Origin: Alphaproteobacteria bacterium
GTDB taxonomy: Bacteria > Pseudomonadota > Alphaproteobacteria > MPNO01 > UBA830
DNA length: 64,000 bases
Direction: 5' to 3'
NCBI GenBank assembly: GCA_965243135.1
Contig: OZ251539.1
Location: 768,001-832,000, forward strand
In this document: positions 41,107-51,775 of the stretch, in pieces
Layout: each line of letters starts with the position of its first letter
How positions within the stretch are numbered: position 1 is the stretch's first letter
Made by a program: the position numbers and the translations under genes
Notes under the pieces: model-generated
Databases searched by the model: none
Told to the model about the DNA's origin: nothing
What the model saw: the letters and a program-made list of their open reading frames with translations, nothing else

Positions 41107-43470
41107 ATGGCGTCGCCAATGCCCATCTCTTCAAAGCGGAACGGAACGTCGTTCCTCGATTCGGCCGCCGCGCTGCGGGACGCCGGGCACGGCGATCTGA
41201 TCACCTACAGTCCCAAGGTGTTCGTCCCGCTGACCAGGCTCTGCCGGGACGTCTGCCACTACTGCAGTTTCGCGCGACCGCCCCGTAAGGGGGAGCCGGC
41301 CTATCTCCGCGCGGACGAGGTCCTCGCAATCGCGCGGTCCGGCGAGGCCGCCGGTTGCGCGGAGGCCCTGTTCACGCTCGGCGACAAGCCGGAACTGCGC
41401 TACCGTTCGGCGCGGGACGAACTGGCCGCGCTCGGGCACGCCACGACGATTTCCTATCTCGCGGAGATGGCGGCGCTGGTGCTCGAGGAAACCGGACTTC
41501 TGCCGCACCTCAACCCGGGCGTCATGACGGCCGGGGATCTGGAACTGCTGCGCCCGGTTTCCGCGTCGATGGGCCTCATGCTCGAGGGAATCGCGCCCGC
41601 GCTGCGGCGGCCGGGCGGCGTCCATCACGGGTCTCCGGACAAGGATCCCGAAGCGCGCCTGCGGACGCTTCGCCTCGCCGGCGAGGCGCGGATACCGTTC
41701 ACCACCGGCATCCTGATCGGGATCGGCGAGACGCGCGACGACCGCATCGCCGCTCTCGAGGCGATCCGGGATCTTCATGAACGCTACGGCCACGTCCAGG
41801 AGATCATCGTTCAGAACTTCCGCGCCAAGCCGGATACCCGCATGGCGAATCGGCCCGAACCGGATCTCGGCGAGCTTTGCTGGACGGTCGCCGCGGCGCG
41901 CCGCCTTTTCGGTTCCGAAATGTCCATCCAGGCGCCGCCGAACCTGAGCGGCGGCGACTTTCCGGCGCTGATCGACGCGGGCATCAACGATTGGGGCGGC
42001 GTGTCGCCCGTCACGCCGGACCACGTCAACCCCGAGGCGCCTTGGCCCGAACTGGCGACGCTCGAGCGGGAGACGGCGAAAAAGGGCAAGGCGCTCGCGG
42101 CCCGGCTGCCGGTCTATCCGCGCTACGCGCTCGAGGAGGGCTGGCTTCACCCCCGCCTTCGAACCGCGGTCCTTCGCGCCATGGATGCGGACGGCTTCGC
42201 TCGCGGCGGTCCCTGGGCTCCGGGCGTTGCCGGAACCGCGCCGTCCGCGCCGTCCGCGCCGTCGGTTGCCGGCGGTTCCGCGCGCGCCGTCTTGAATTCC
42301 CTCGACCGCGCGGTCGCGGGCAAGCGCCTCGAAGAAGGAGAGATCGCGGCTCTCCTCGGCGCCAGGGGCGCCGCTTTCAGGGAGGTGACGGCGGCCGCGG
42401 ACGCGCTGCGCCGGGAAGCCGTGGGCGACGAGGTCACCTACGTCGTCAATCGCAACGTCAACTACACCAACGTGTGCGGTTACCGCTGCGGCTTCTGCGC
42501 GTTCTCGAAGGGAAAGCTGAGCGCCGGCCTGCGCGGAACGCCCTACGACCTTGCGCTGGACGAGGTTGAGCGGCGCGCCGCCGAGGCATGGTCGCGCGGG
42601 GCGACGGAAGTGTGCCTGCAGGGCGGGATCCACCCCGACTATACCGGAGCGACCTATCTCGCGATCCTGGACGCGGCGAAAAAGGGCGCGCCGGGAATTC
42701 ACGTGCACGCCTTCTCGCCGCTCGAAGTGACGCAGGGCGCGGCCACGTCGCGGATTCCGGTCGCCGAGTATCTGGGTCGCCTCGAGGCGGCCGGCCTGGG
42801 ATCCCTGCCGGGCACCGCCGCGGAAATCCTCGACGACGAGGTGCGCGCCGATCTGTGTCCCGACAAGCTGTCGACGGACGAATGGCTCGCCGTCGTCGAA
42901 GCCGCGCACCGGGCGGGGCTGCGGACGACCGCGACCATCATGTTCGGGCATATCGAACGCCCGCGCCATCAGGCGCGCCACTTGCTGCGCCTGCGCGACC
43001 TGCAGATGCGAACCGGCGGCTTCACGGAGTTCGTGCCGTTGCCCTTCGTGCACATGGAGGCGCCGATCTATCTCCGGGGACGCGCCCGCAAAGGGCCGAC
43101 CTTCCGCGAGGCGGTGCTGATGCACAGCGTGGCCCGGCTCGCGTTGCACACCGCGATCGCCAACATCCAGACGTCGTGGGTCAAACTCGGCGAGGCGGGC
43201 GCCCGGGCCTGCCTCGAAGCGGGCGCGAACGATCTCGGGGGCACCTTGATGAACGAATCGATTTCGCGGGCCGCGGGCGCGGCGCACGGCCAGGAACTCT
43301 CGCCTTCGGCCATGGAGGACCTTGTTCGCGGCATGGGGCGGGTTCCGCGCCAGCGCTCCACCCTCTACGGGCGCGTTCGCGCCGAGCGCAGGTCGGCCGC
43401 CCGCGACGCGTTGCCGCTGGCTCCGGTCGTGCAGACTCCGGCGCGAAAGTTCGCGCACGGCGAAGCGTGA
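41107..43470 (+). CDS. fbiC: FO synthase, CofG-CofH fusion
   Basis: Two radical-SAM motifs (CRDVCHYC, CGYRCGFC); GGVSPVTPDHVNPE and NDLGGTLMNESI motifs. Confidence 0.92.
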   Translation: MASPMPISSKRNGTSFLDSAAALRDAGHGDLITYSPKVFVPLTRLCRDVCHYCSFARPPRKGEPAYLRADEVLAIARSGEAAGCAEALFTLGDKPELRYRSARDELAALGHATTISYLAEMAALVLEETGLLPHLNPGVMTAGDLELLRPVSASMGLMLEGIAPALRRPGGVHHGSPDKDPEARLRTLRLAGEARIPFTTGILIGIGETRDDRIAALEAIRDLHERYGHVQEIIVQNFRAKPDTRMANRPEPDLGELCWTVAAARRLFGSEMSIQAPPNLSGGDFPALIDAGINDWGGVSPVTPDHVNPEAPWPELATLERETAKKGKALAARLPVYPRYALEEGWLHPRLRTAVLRAMDADGFARGGPWAPGVAGTAPSAPSAPSVAGGSARAVLNSLDRAVAGKRLEEGEIAALLGARGAAFREVTAAADALRREAVGDEVTYVVNRNVNYTNVCGYRCGFCAFSKGKLSAGLRGTPYDLALDEVERRAAEAWSRGATEVCLQGGIHPDYTGATYLAILDAAKKGAPGIHVHAFSPLEVTQGAATSRIPVAEYLGRLEAAGLGSLPGTAAEILDDEVRADLCPDKLSTDEWLAVVEAAHRAGLRTTATIMFGHIERPRHQARHLLRLRDLQMRTGGFTEFVPLPFVHMEAPIYLRGRARKGPTFREAVLMHSVARLALHTAIANIQTSWVKLGEAGARACLEAGANDLGGTLMNESISRAAGAAHGQELSPSAMEDLVRGMGRVPRQRSTLYGRVRAERRSAARDALPLAPVVQTPARKFAHGEA

Positions 43471-44123
43471 GCGCCGAACTGCCCGTCGTCGCCGTGATCG
43501 GCGGGACCGGGGCCGAAGGTTCGGGGCTCGCGGCGCGTTGGGCGAAGGCTGGCTACCGGGTGATCGTCGGTTCGCGCGACGCGCGCCGGGCGATCGAAAG
43601 CGCCGCCGCCATCGGCGCCGAGGGCATGGACAACCGGTCCGCGGCGGCGGCCTGCGACATTGCGGTTCTGACCGTGCCTTACGCCGCGCAGAGATCGACG
43701 CTCGAGGGCCTGCGCGATCCGCTGCAGGGCAAGATTCTGGTGGACGTCACGGTGCCGCTCGCGCCGCCGCGGGTCATGCGGGTCCAACTCCCGGCCGAAG
43801 GTTCGGCGGCCGCGATCGCTCAAGCGGCGCTGGGCGAGGGAGTTCGCGTGGTTTCGGCGTTCCAGAACGTGTCGGCGCATCATCTCCGGGAACCGGACGG
43901 CGCTGCCGATTGCGACGTGCTGATCGCCGGCGACGCGCCGGCGGCGCGGGCGGAAGTGGCGCGGCTGGCGGAAGCAGCCGGATTGCGCGGCGTCGAGGTC
44001 GGTCCGCTCGCCAACGCGGCGGCGGCCGAAGCCCTGACGTCGCTGCTGCTCTGGATCAATCGCCGCTACGGATCGCGCGGCGCCGGCATTCGCGTCACGG
44101 GCTTGCCCGAGGGGACTCCCTGA
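43467..44123 (+). CDS. npdG: F420-dependent NADP oxidoreductase
   Basis: GGTGAEGSGLA, VGSR, DVTVPL and SAFQNV motifs; GTGA coupling to fbiC. Confidence 0.9.
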   Translation: MSAELPVVAVIGGTGAEGSGLAARWAKAGYRVIVGSRDARRAIESAAAIGAEGMDNRSAAAACDIAVLTVPYAAQRSTLEGLRDPLQGKILVDVTVPLAPPRVMRVQLPAEGSAAAIAQAALGEGVRVVSAFQNVSAHHLREPDGAADCDVLIAGDAPAARAEVARLAEAAGLRGVEVGPLANAAAAEALTSLLLWINRRYGSRGAGIRVTGLPEGTP

Positions 44124-44312
44124 CGCTTTCGCGACCGAGCCTCTTGCGCCGGCGCGCCGACGGCGGCGCGGCCTCCGGCCGGAAATCGCGGCGACGCGAA
44201 CGCTCGCCTCCGTCCTTGTACGGCGGCGCGTCCGTTGATAGCGTATAGGCGCCGGGACTTCCGGCGATCCACTCCGGCGGGAACGCCCGCCTGAATCTAA
44301 GGAGAGCAAGCC

Positions 44313-45551
44313 ATGACAATCAGTCGGCGCGTATTCTCGCGGACCATTGCCGGCGCTGCCGGCGTTGCCTCCATGGGACCTTTCTTCTGGCCTCGGGGGG
44401 CGCGCGCGGCCGATACCGTCAAGGTGGGCGCGATCTACGATCTGTCCGGACCTTTGCAGGTCTTCGGCCAAAACCAGTGGCGCTGCGCCAAGATGGCGAT
44501 CGACCAGATCAACGAGAGCGGCGGCCTTCTCGGCAAGCAGCTCGAGGTCAAGGTCTACGATTCCCAGTCCCAGATGCAGTTCTACAACCAGTTCGCCAAC
44601 CAGCTGGCGCTGCGGGACCGCGTCGCCGTGGTCGTGGGCGGACTGACGAGCTCGTCGCGCGAGGTGATTCGCCCGGTCCTCAACAAGCTCAAGACGCTCT
44701 ACATCTACAACACGAACTACGAGGGCGGAGTCTGCGACCGGAATTTCTACGCGACCGGCTCGACCCCCGCCGGCAACGTCGACATCCTGGTCGGCGAAGC
44801 GTTCAAGCGTTGGGGCAAGAAGGTCTACGTTCTCGCCGCCGACTACAATTACGGCCAGATAACGGCGCAATGGATCGGCAAATCGGCGGGCGACAAGGGA
44901 GGGCAGGTCGTCGGCGAAGAGTTCTTTCCGCTCGACGTCAACCAGTTCGGGCCGACCATCAGCAAGATACAGGCCGCCGCGCCCGACTTTCTGATGAACG
45001 TCTTCGTCGGGCCGGCTCACGGCTCCTTCTACGGGCAGTGGGCCGCCGCAGGCATGAACAAGCGCATCCCGATGGTGTCCACGACCTTCGGCGCCGCCAG
45101 CGAGGTGGTCGCGGTGCCGCCCGAGGTGGCCGACGGCATCATGGTCGCCGGATCCTATTACGAGGATCTCGACATTCCCTTCAACAAGACCTGGCTCGCC
45201 GAATTCCGCAAGCGCAACGGCGCCGATTACGGTTATCTCACCGACGTTCCGGTCAAGGACTGGTACGGCTGGAAGCTGTGGGCCGAAGCGGTGAAGAAGG
45301 CGGGTTCGGTCGACCGCGAAAAGGTGATCGAGGTCATGGACGCGGGGTTCCGGATCGACGGGCCGGGCGGCCCGATCACCGTCGATCCCGTGACCCATCA
45401 CTGCACCATGGACATGCACCTCGCCCAGGCGAAGGCGCGCAGGTTCGAGATCCTGGCCAAGTATCCCGCGGTTCCGCCGACCAACACGGACAATCAGTGC
45501 GATCTGGTGGCGCGGCCCGGCACGAACAAGATGTTCATCCCCAAGATCTGA
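44313..45551 (+). CDS. Urea/short-chain amide ABC substrate-binding protein (UrtA/FmdD-like), Tat-type signal
   Basis: SRRVF leader; GGLLGKQL, SSSREVIRP, YEGG and DYNYG motifs. Confidence 0.85.
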   Translation: MTISRRVFSRTIAGAAGVASMGPFFWPRGARAADTVKVGAIYDLSGPLQVFGQNQWRCAKMAIDQINESGGLLGKQLEVKVYDSQSQMQFYNQFANQLALRDRVAVVVGGLTSSSREVIRPVLNKLKTLYIYNTNYEGGVCDRNFYATGSTPAGNVDILVGEAFKRWGKKVYVLAADYNYGQITAQWIGKSAGDKGGQVVGEEFFPLDVNQFGPTISKIQAAAPDFLMNVFVGPAHGSFYGQWAAAGMNKRIPMVSTTFGAASEVVAVPPEVADGIMVAGSYYEDLDIPFNKTWLAEFRKRNGADYGYLTDVPVKDWYGWKLWAEAVKKAGSVDREKVIEVMDAGFRIDGPGGPITVDPVTHHCTMDMHLAQAKARRFEILAKYPAVPPTNTDNQCDLVARPGTNKMFIPKI

Positions 45552-45559
45552 ACGGCAAG

Positions 45560-46426
45560 ATGGACATCGCGCTCGTCGTCGCCGTCCAGATCCTTTACGC
45601 GATCGCCAGCCTGGCGCTGATCAGCGTCGGGCTGGCGATCATCTTCGGCATGATGGGCGTGATAAATTTCGCCCATGGCGAATTCCTGATGATGGGCGGC
45701 TACGCCTTCATCCTGTCCGTGGGCGCCGGCGTGAACCTCTGGGTCGCGATGCTCGTCGTCGCGCCGTTGACCGTCGGCGTTCTGGGGATCGTCGTCGAGC
45801 GCCTGATCATCCGCCACCTGTACGGGCGCATCATCGAGACCGTGCTCGCGACCTGGGGCCTCAGCCTCTTTCTCATCGGACTCGCGGCCACCGTGCTCGG
45901 CTACCACCAGGAAGGCGTCCCGCCGCCGCTCGGCAACGTCGAGATCGGCGCGTACGCGGAGGGCGGCTACACGTTCTTCGTCATCGGCGTCGCCGCCGCC
46001 GTTCTCGGACTCGTCTACGCCGGCCTGAAATTCACCCGGTTCGGCCTGATCGCGCGCGGCACGATGCAGAACGCCGGAATGGCGTCGGCCCTGGGCGCGG
46101 ACGTCGACAAGGTCTACGCGGCGACCTTCGGCGTGGGCGCGGCTCTAAGCGGCCTCGCGGGCGCGGTGCTCGCGCCGATCGCCGGCGTGTTGCCCGATAT
46201 CGGCGTCACCTACGTGATCAAGGCGTTCATCACCGTGATCGGCGGCGGCGCCGTGGCTCTTTCCGGAACGGGCGCGGCGTCCGTCCTGTTCGGCGCCGTC
46301 AGCCAGACGGTCACTTTTCTCAGCCGGCCCGTGGTCGGAGAAGTGGCCTTGCTCGTCGTCGCCATCGTTCTGCTGCGTCTGCTGCCCAGCGGGATCACCG
46401 GCCGTTACTTCAGGAAGGGCCTGTGA
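45560..46426 (+). CDS. Urea/amide ABC permease (UrtB/LivH-like)
   Basis: GLAIIFGMMGVINFAHGE motif. Confidence 0.88.
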   Translation: MDIALVVAVQILYAIASLALISVGLAIIFGMMGVINFAHGEFLMMGGYAFILSVGAGVNLWVAMLVVAPLTVGVLGIVVERLIIRHLYGRIIETVLATWGLSLFLIGLAATVLGYHQEGVPPPLGNVEIGAYAEGGYTFFVIGVAAAVLGLVYAGLKFTRFGLIARGTMQNAGMASALGADVDKVYAATFGVGAALSGLAGAVLAPIAGVLPDIGVTYVIKAFITVIGGGAVALSGTGAASVLFGAVSQTVTFLSRPVVGEVALLVVAIVLLRLLPSGITGRYFRKGL

Positions 46427-47409
46427 GGATCTCGCTCGACGCCGCCGGACTGATCGCGACGGGCGCGGCGTTCGCGGCGCTCGTCGCCGTCCTGCCGGCC
46501 GTCGCCGAGGTCTTCGTGCTTTTCGAACTGACGATCTTCATCGTGATGTCGATCCTGGCCCTCAGCCTCGCGCTGGTCTGGGGCTTCGGGGGCATCCTGT
46601 GCTTCGGCCAGTCGGTGTTCTTCGGCGTGGGAGCCTACGCCTACGCCGTCGCCGTCATCAACTTCGGGGAAAGCACCGCTCCGATCGCCCTCGGAATCCT
46701 GCTGCCGATGCTGCTGGCCGCCGTGCTCGGCTACTTCATGTTCTGGGGGCGCGTGAGCGACGTGTATCTCGCGGTGATCACCCTCGCGGTGTCGTTGATC
46801 TTCTATTATCTCGTCGGCGCGTCCGCCGGCAGCGAGTACAAGATCGGCGACGCGCTTCTCGGAGGCTACAACGGGATTCCTTCGGTGCCCCCGATCAACG
46901 TGCCCGGCGATCCGAGCCGCCAGATCGTTTACGGCGATCTCTACGTATTGGCGGCGGTCGCGCTGGCGCTGGCTTATTTCGGGTTGCGGTGGCTGCTCGC
47001 CAGCGATTTCGGGCGGGTGGTCGTTTCCATTCGCGAGAACGAGGCGCGGGCCGCGCTGCTCGGCTACGACACGCGCCGATACAAGCTCGCGGTGTTCGCG
47101 ATCGGCGCCGGCATCGCCGGCCTCGCCGGCGTGCTGTTCACCGCCTGGGGCTCCTATGTCAGCCCCACGGTCTTTTCGATGCTGTTCACGGCGCAGATCA
47201 TCATGTGGATTTTGGTCGGCGGCCTCGGCACGCTGACGGGCGCCATCGTCGGATGCGTTCTCATCCAGTCCGGAACGACCTGGCTCGGGGAGACGAAGTT
47301 CGCCGACATCAATCTCGTGCTCGGCGCCGTTCTGGTCGTCCTCGTGCTGTTCGTTCCGAAGGGCCTGGTTCCCATGGCGCGCGACCTGCTGCGCCGCGAC
47401 GGGGCCTGA
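46423..47409 (+). CDS. Urea/amide ABC permease (UrtC/LivM-like)
   Basis: WGFGGILCFGQ and IRENE..LGY motifs. Confidence 0.88.
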   Translation: MRISLDAAGLIATGAAFAALVAVLPAVAEVFVLFELTIFIVMSILALSLALVWGFGGILCFGQSVFFGVGAYAYAVAVINFGESTAPIALGILLPMLLAAVLGYFMFWGRVSDVYLAVITLAVSLIFYYLVGASAGSEYKIGDALLGGYNGIPSVPPINVPGDPSRQIVYGDLYVLAAVALALAYFGLRWLLASDFGRVVVSIRENEARAALLGYDTRRYKLAVFAIGAGIAGLAGVLFTAWGSYVSPTVFSMLFTAQIIMWILVGGLGTLTGAIVGCVLIQSGTTWLGETKFADINLVLGAVLVVLVLFVPKGLVPMARDLLRRDGA

Positions 47410-48134
47410 TGGCGGTTCTGCTCAAGGCCAGCGGCCTCGCCATGCGGTTCGGCGGCGTGGTCGCGGTCGATCGGGTGGACTTCGACGTCGAGGAAGGCGA
47501 ACTGCGCTGCCTGATCGGGCCCAACGGCGCGGGCAAGAGCACGTTCTTCAAGTGCCTGATCGGGCAGCTCAAGCCGACCGGAGGCAGGGTCGAGTTCGCG
47601 GGACGCGACGTTACGGGCGTTCACCCGCACGAGATCGCCCGCATGGGTGTGGCGATCAAGACCCAGGTGCCGAGCCTTTTCGACGGGCTGAGCGCCGCGG
47701 AGCACTTGCGGCTCGCCGCGCGCCGGCGGCACGACCGCAAGGCGGCCGCGAGCAAGGTGGAGGAAATCCTGTCGCTGATCGGACTGGCCGGACAGGCCGA
47801 CCGGATCGCCGGCCAGCTCGCCCACGGGCAGCGGCAGTGGCTCGAACTCGGGGTCGTCATGGCGAGCGACCCGGCCCTGATGCTGCTCGACGAACCGACC
47901 GCCGGCATGACGCATCAGGAAGTCGCGCAAACGGCCGAGCTCGTCCGCAGGATCGGACGCGACCGGGCGGTGATCGTGGTCGAACACGACATGCAGTTCA
48001 TCAGGATGATCGCCCGAAAGGTCACGGTCTTCCATCAGGGACGGATCCTCGTCGAGGGCATGATGGAAGAGATCATGCGCAACCGGCAGGTTCGCGACGT
48101 GTACCTGGGCAAGGAGGGCGCCCGGCCGTGCTGA
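47409..48134 (+). CDS. ABC ATPase (UrtD/LivG-like)
   Basis: GPNGAGKS, LLDEPTAGM and VEHDM motifs. Confidence 0.9.
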   Translation: MAVLLKASGLAMRFGGVVAVDRVDFDVEEGELRCLIGPNGAGKSTFFKCLIGQLKPTGGRVEFAGRDVTGVHPHEIARMGVAIKTQVPSLFDGLSAAEHLRLAARRRHDRKAAASKVEEILSLIGLAGQADRIAGQLAHGQRQWLELGVVMASDPALMLLDEPTAGMTHQEVAQTAELVRRIGRDRAVIVVEHDMQFIRMIARKVTVFHQGRILVEGMMEEIMRNRQVRDVYLGKEGARPC

Positions 48135-48832
48135 AGATTTCGGGCCTTCGCGCGAGCTACGGCCGGATTCCGATCCTCAACGGGATCGATCTCGAAGTCG
48201 AGGAAGGCAGCGTGGCCGGCATCCTCGGGCACAACGGCATGGGAAAGACGACCCTGATGCGAACCGTCATGGGATTCGTCGACGCGGCGGCAGGCCGGAT
48301 CGAAATGGAAGGACGTGACCTCGCCAGGGCGCGGCCCCATCGCCGCGTCGCCGCGGGGTTCGGCTACGTGCCGCAGGGCAGGGACATCTTTCCGAGGATG
48401 ACGGTGAGGGACAATCTCCGTTTCGCGGCCGCCGCTTCCGGGCGGGACGAAGCGGCGGCCATCGACAGGATCCTCGAGGAGTTCCGAAGGCTGGAGCCGT
48501 TGCTCGACCGGGAGGGCGGGGCGCTGAGCGGCGGAGAGCAGCAGATTCTCGCGATCGCGCGCTGTCTGTGCACCGAGCCGAAGCTCATGTTTCTCGACGA
48601 GCCGACGGAAGGCATCCAGCCTTCCATCGTGGAGCAGATCGCGGACCAGCTGCGCGAGCTCAGACGGAGCCGCGGCCTGACCGTCGTTCTCGTCGAACAG
48701 AACCTCGATTTCGTTTCTTCGCTGTCCGATCGCGCCTACATCATCCAGAAAGGCGCGATCGTGAAGGATCTGGACCCGTCGCAGCTCGGAGACGCGAAGA
48801 TGCTGGACGAGTTCATCGGCGTCGCGCAGTAG
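48128..48832 (+). CDS. ABC ATPase (UrtE/LivF-like)
   Basis: GHNGMGKT, LSGGEQQ and LDEPTEGIQP motifs. Confidence 0.9.
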   Translation: MLKISGLRASYGRIPILNGIDLEVEEGSVAGILGHNGMGKTTLMRTVMGFVDAAAGRIEMEGRDLARARPHRRVAAGFGYVPQGRDIFPRMTVRDNLRFAAAASGRDEAAAIDRILEEFRRLEPLLDREGGALSGGEQQILAIARCLCTEPKLMFLDEPTEGIQPSIVEQIADQLRELRRSRGLTVVLVEQNLDFVSSLSDRAYIIQKGAIVKDLDPSQLGDAKMLDEFIGVAQ

Positions 48833-48860
48833 GCGGACGCCCCGCCGGAAGGGAGAGGCC

Positions 48861-50426
48861 ATGTTCAAGCAACCGACAGTCGATCAGCTGAGGGAGTGCG
48901 CGGAAGAGCTCGGCATGTCGCCTTCCGACGACTATCTGGAGGCGGCGCACCGGATCGTAAAGCCGCTCGTCAAGGCCTACCAGGCGCTGGACGCGGTTCC
49001 CGACTTCCTTCCGGAGGTTCGCTACCCCCGCACGCCCGGATACCGGCCCGAAGGCGACGAAAACCCGCACAACGCCTGGTACGTCAAAACCTCGATTAAG
49101 GGCGTGGCGGAAGGAAAGCTGGCCGGCAAGCGGATCGCCGTGAAAGACAACATCTGCGTCGCGGGCGTGCCGATGATGAACGGCGCGTCCGTTCTCGAAG
49201 GATACGTGCCCGAGGTCGACGCGACGGTCGTCACCCGCATCCTCGATGCAGGCGGCGAGGTCGCGGGCAAGGCGGTTTGCGAGTACATGTGCGTTTCGGG
49301 CACCAGCAGCACCAGTTCCACCGGTCCGGTGCACAATCCTCGCCGCCGCGGATATTCGGCGGGCGGTTCGTCGTCGGGCAGCGCAGCGCTGGTGGCGGCC
49401 GGCGAGGTCGATATGGCGCTGGGAGGCGATCAGGCCGGCTCGATCCGGATTCCGTCCAGCTATTGCGGAGTCTACGGCATGAAGGGGACTTTCGGCCTGG
49501 TGCCCTACACCGGCGCGGCGTCCCTGGAGACGACGGTCGACCATTGCGGTCCGATCACGGCGAGCGTCGCCGACAACGCCCTGTTTCTTGAGGTCATCGC
49601 AGGGGAGGACGGCATGGATTCGCGGCAGTCCGGCGTGAAGGTCGAGCCGTACGCCGAGGCGCTCGGCAAGGGCGTTCAGGGGCTGCGCATCGGGGTCGTC
49701 GCGGAAGGATTCGGCCACCACAATTCCGAGACGGATGTCGATTCCCGCGTGCACTGGGCGGCTGAACGCCTGGCGGAACTCGGCGCCGCGGTGTCGTCCG
49801 TCTCCGTTCCCATGCACCGCATGACCCGCGAGATCTGGATTCCCATCGGCCACGACGGCGGCTACCGCACGATGATGGCGACCAACGGCGCGGGCGGAGG
49901 TCACGAGGGCCTTTACGTCACGAGCCTGATCGACGCTTCCGCCGGCTGGCGGGCGCGCGCCGACGAGATGGCCGACACGATCAAGATCATTTCCCTGTTC
50001 GGCCGCTATTCGCTCAAGCGCTATCGGGGGCGTTACTACGCCAAGGCGATGAACCTGCGCCGCAAGCTGCGGGCGGCCTACGACGCGGCGCTCGCCGAAT
50101 TCGACCTTCTTCTGATGCCCACGTTGCCGATGAAGGCGTCGGAACTGCCGCCGGTCGACGCCTCTCCCGAGGAGACCACGACGGTCGCGTGGGAGATGCT
50201 GGCCAATACCTGCGGCGTCAATCTTACCGGCCATCCCGCGATGTCGCTGCCTTGCGGGATCGAAGACGGCAGGCCCATCGGCCTGATGTTGATCGGACGT
50301 CATTGGGAGGAGGCGACGATCTATCGCGCCGCGCACGCGTTCGAGCAGTCCGGCGACTGGCGGGACAACGAGTTCGGAGACGGATTCCGCGCCGCGCTCG
50401 AGCAGGCCCGCAACTGGCGCCGCTGA
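48861..50426 (+). CDS. Amidase-signature amidase (aliphatic amidase type)
   Basis: VKDN, GGSSSGS and GDQAGSIRIP motifs. Confidence 0.92.
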   Translation: MFKQPTVDQLRECAEELGMSPSDDYLEAAHRIVKPLVKAYQALDAVPDFLPEVRYPRTPGYRPEGDENPHNAWYVKTSIKGVAEGKLAGKRIAVKDNICVAGVPMMNGASVLEGYVPEVDATVVTRILDAGGEVAGKAVCEYMCVSGTSSTSSTGPVHNPRRRGYSAGGSSSGSAALVAAGEVDMALGGDQAGSIRIPSSYCGVYGMKGTFGLVPYTGAASLETTVDHCGPITASVADNALFLEVIAGEDGMDSRQSGVKVEPYAEALGKGVQGLRIGVVAEGFGHHNSETDVDSRVHWAAERLAELGAAVSSVSVPMHRMTREIWIPIGHDGGYRTMMATNGAGGGHEGLYVTSLIDASAGWRARADEMADTIKIISLFGRYSLKRYRGRYYAKAMNLRRKLRAAYDAALAEFDLLLMPTLPMKASELPPVDASPEETTTVAWEMLANTCGVNLTGHPAMSLPCGIEDGRPIGLMLIGRHWEEATIYRAAHAFEQSGDWRDNEFGDGFRAALEQARNWRR

Positions 50427-50755
50427 CGGGCGCGCAGGGGGAAGCGCCGGGTGACGGCGGCGGAACCGCGAGGTTCCCGAGGCGGGGGCGAAGCGTTGCC
50501 GGGGTCGCAGCGGAAATCGGCCGCGGAGTCTTTTTTGAGCGCGGCTCGTCCTGCGGCCTTCGTCCGCGAGCCGACCGGCGGGGAGGCGGCGCTGGAAAGC
50601 GGCCGCAGGCGACGCGCAGCGGCCCGCGCCGCGAAGGCGGCGGTAGGGGCATGTTGGAAACAGCGCGGCCCGGAGCCGAACGGGCGCTTGCGGGCGTCCG
50701 TTTACGAAGCTTGCGCGACGGCGTTCCGGCGCGGCAACGGCCGCTGGAAGGCGAG

Positions 50756-51775
50756 ATGACGGGCCGCCGCAATGAGACGGATCGCCGCGAGTGCCTGCGC
50801 ATTCGCGGCCTGTCGGTGGATATCGCGGTGCAGGCCGGCACGCTTCATGCAGTGAGGCAGGTCGATCTGTCCGTCGACCGGGGAGAAACCCTCGCCATCG
50901 TCGGCGAGTCCGGTTGCGGAAAAACCATTACCGCGCTCGCTATCCTGCGCCTTCTGCCGCGCAGCGCGACCCTGCGGGCTGCGGAACTCTCGCTCGAAGG
51001 GCTTGACCTGCGCGGCCTTTCCAACCGCGAATTTTCGAAAGTGCGCGGCAACCGCGCCGGCATGATCTTTCAGGATCCGATGACCTCGCTGAACCCGGTC
51101 TACACGATAGGCAGCCAGCTCGCCGAGAGCTATCTGCGGCATCGCGGCGGAGGAAGAAAGGAAGCGCTGGAACGGGCGGAATATCTTCTGGACCGCGTCG
51201 GAGTCGCCAATGCGGCCGTCCGGCTTTCCCAATATCCTCACCAGCTTTCCGGCGGCCTGCGCCAGCGCATGATGATCGCCATGGCGCTGATGTGCGATCC
51301 GTCCCTCATCGTCGCGGACGAACCGACCACGGCGCTCGACGTCACGGTTCAGGTGCAGATCTTGAGACTGCTGGCCGAGCTGCAGACGGAGTTCGACATG
51401 GCGCTCGTTCTCATCAGCCACGACCTGGGCATCGTGGCGCGGACCGCCGATCGGGTCGCGGTGATGTATGCCGGCCAGGTCGTCGAAACGGGCAGTTCCG
51501 AACAGGTCTTCGCGTCGCCTGTCCATCCCTATACGCAGGGACTGCTCGATTGCATACCTCATCCCGGGCGCCGCCGGGGGGAGCCTCTCGGTTCCATCGC
51601 GGGCGTCGTTCCGACGCTGATCGGTCGGCGCGAGGGCTGCATGTTTCGCAACCGCTGTCCCGTGGCCGAAGACCGGTGTCGCAGGCGAGGCGACGAACTT
51701 CGCGAGGCGGACGCCGGGCACGAGTATCGCTGCGTTCACGACGCCGGCCGCCTCTTGTCGCGGACGGAAGCATGA
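50756..51775 (+). CDS. Oligopeptide/dipeptide ABC ATPase (DppD-like)
   Basis: [22 protein letters not shown] and HPYT motifs. Confidence 0.9.
   Translation: MTGRRNETDRRECLRIRGLSVDIAVQAGTLHAVRQVDLSVDRGETLAIVGESGCGKTITALAILRLLPRSATLRAAELSLEGLDLRGLSNREFSKVRGNRAGMIFQDPMTSLNPVYTIGSQLAESYLRHRGGGRKEALERAEYLLDRVGVANAAVRLSQYPHQLSGGLRQRMMIAMALMCDPSLIVADEPTTALDVTVQVQILRLLAELQTEFDMALVLISHDLGIVARTADRVAVMYAGQVVETGSSEQVFASPVHPYTQGLLDCIPHPGRRRGEPLGSIAGVVPTLIGRREGCMFRNRCPVAEDRCRRRGDELREADAGHEYRCVHDAGRLLSRTEA

Noticed and set aside
42238-42264. 9-bp tandem repeat x3 in fbiC
   Set aside because: In-frame APS linker between the CofG and CofH domains; no sign of switching
44313-48832. Assigning urtABCDE gene symbols
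   Set aside because: The family is clear, but substrate and orthology are not; the amidase context suggests amides
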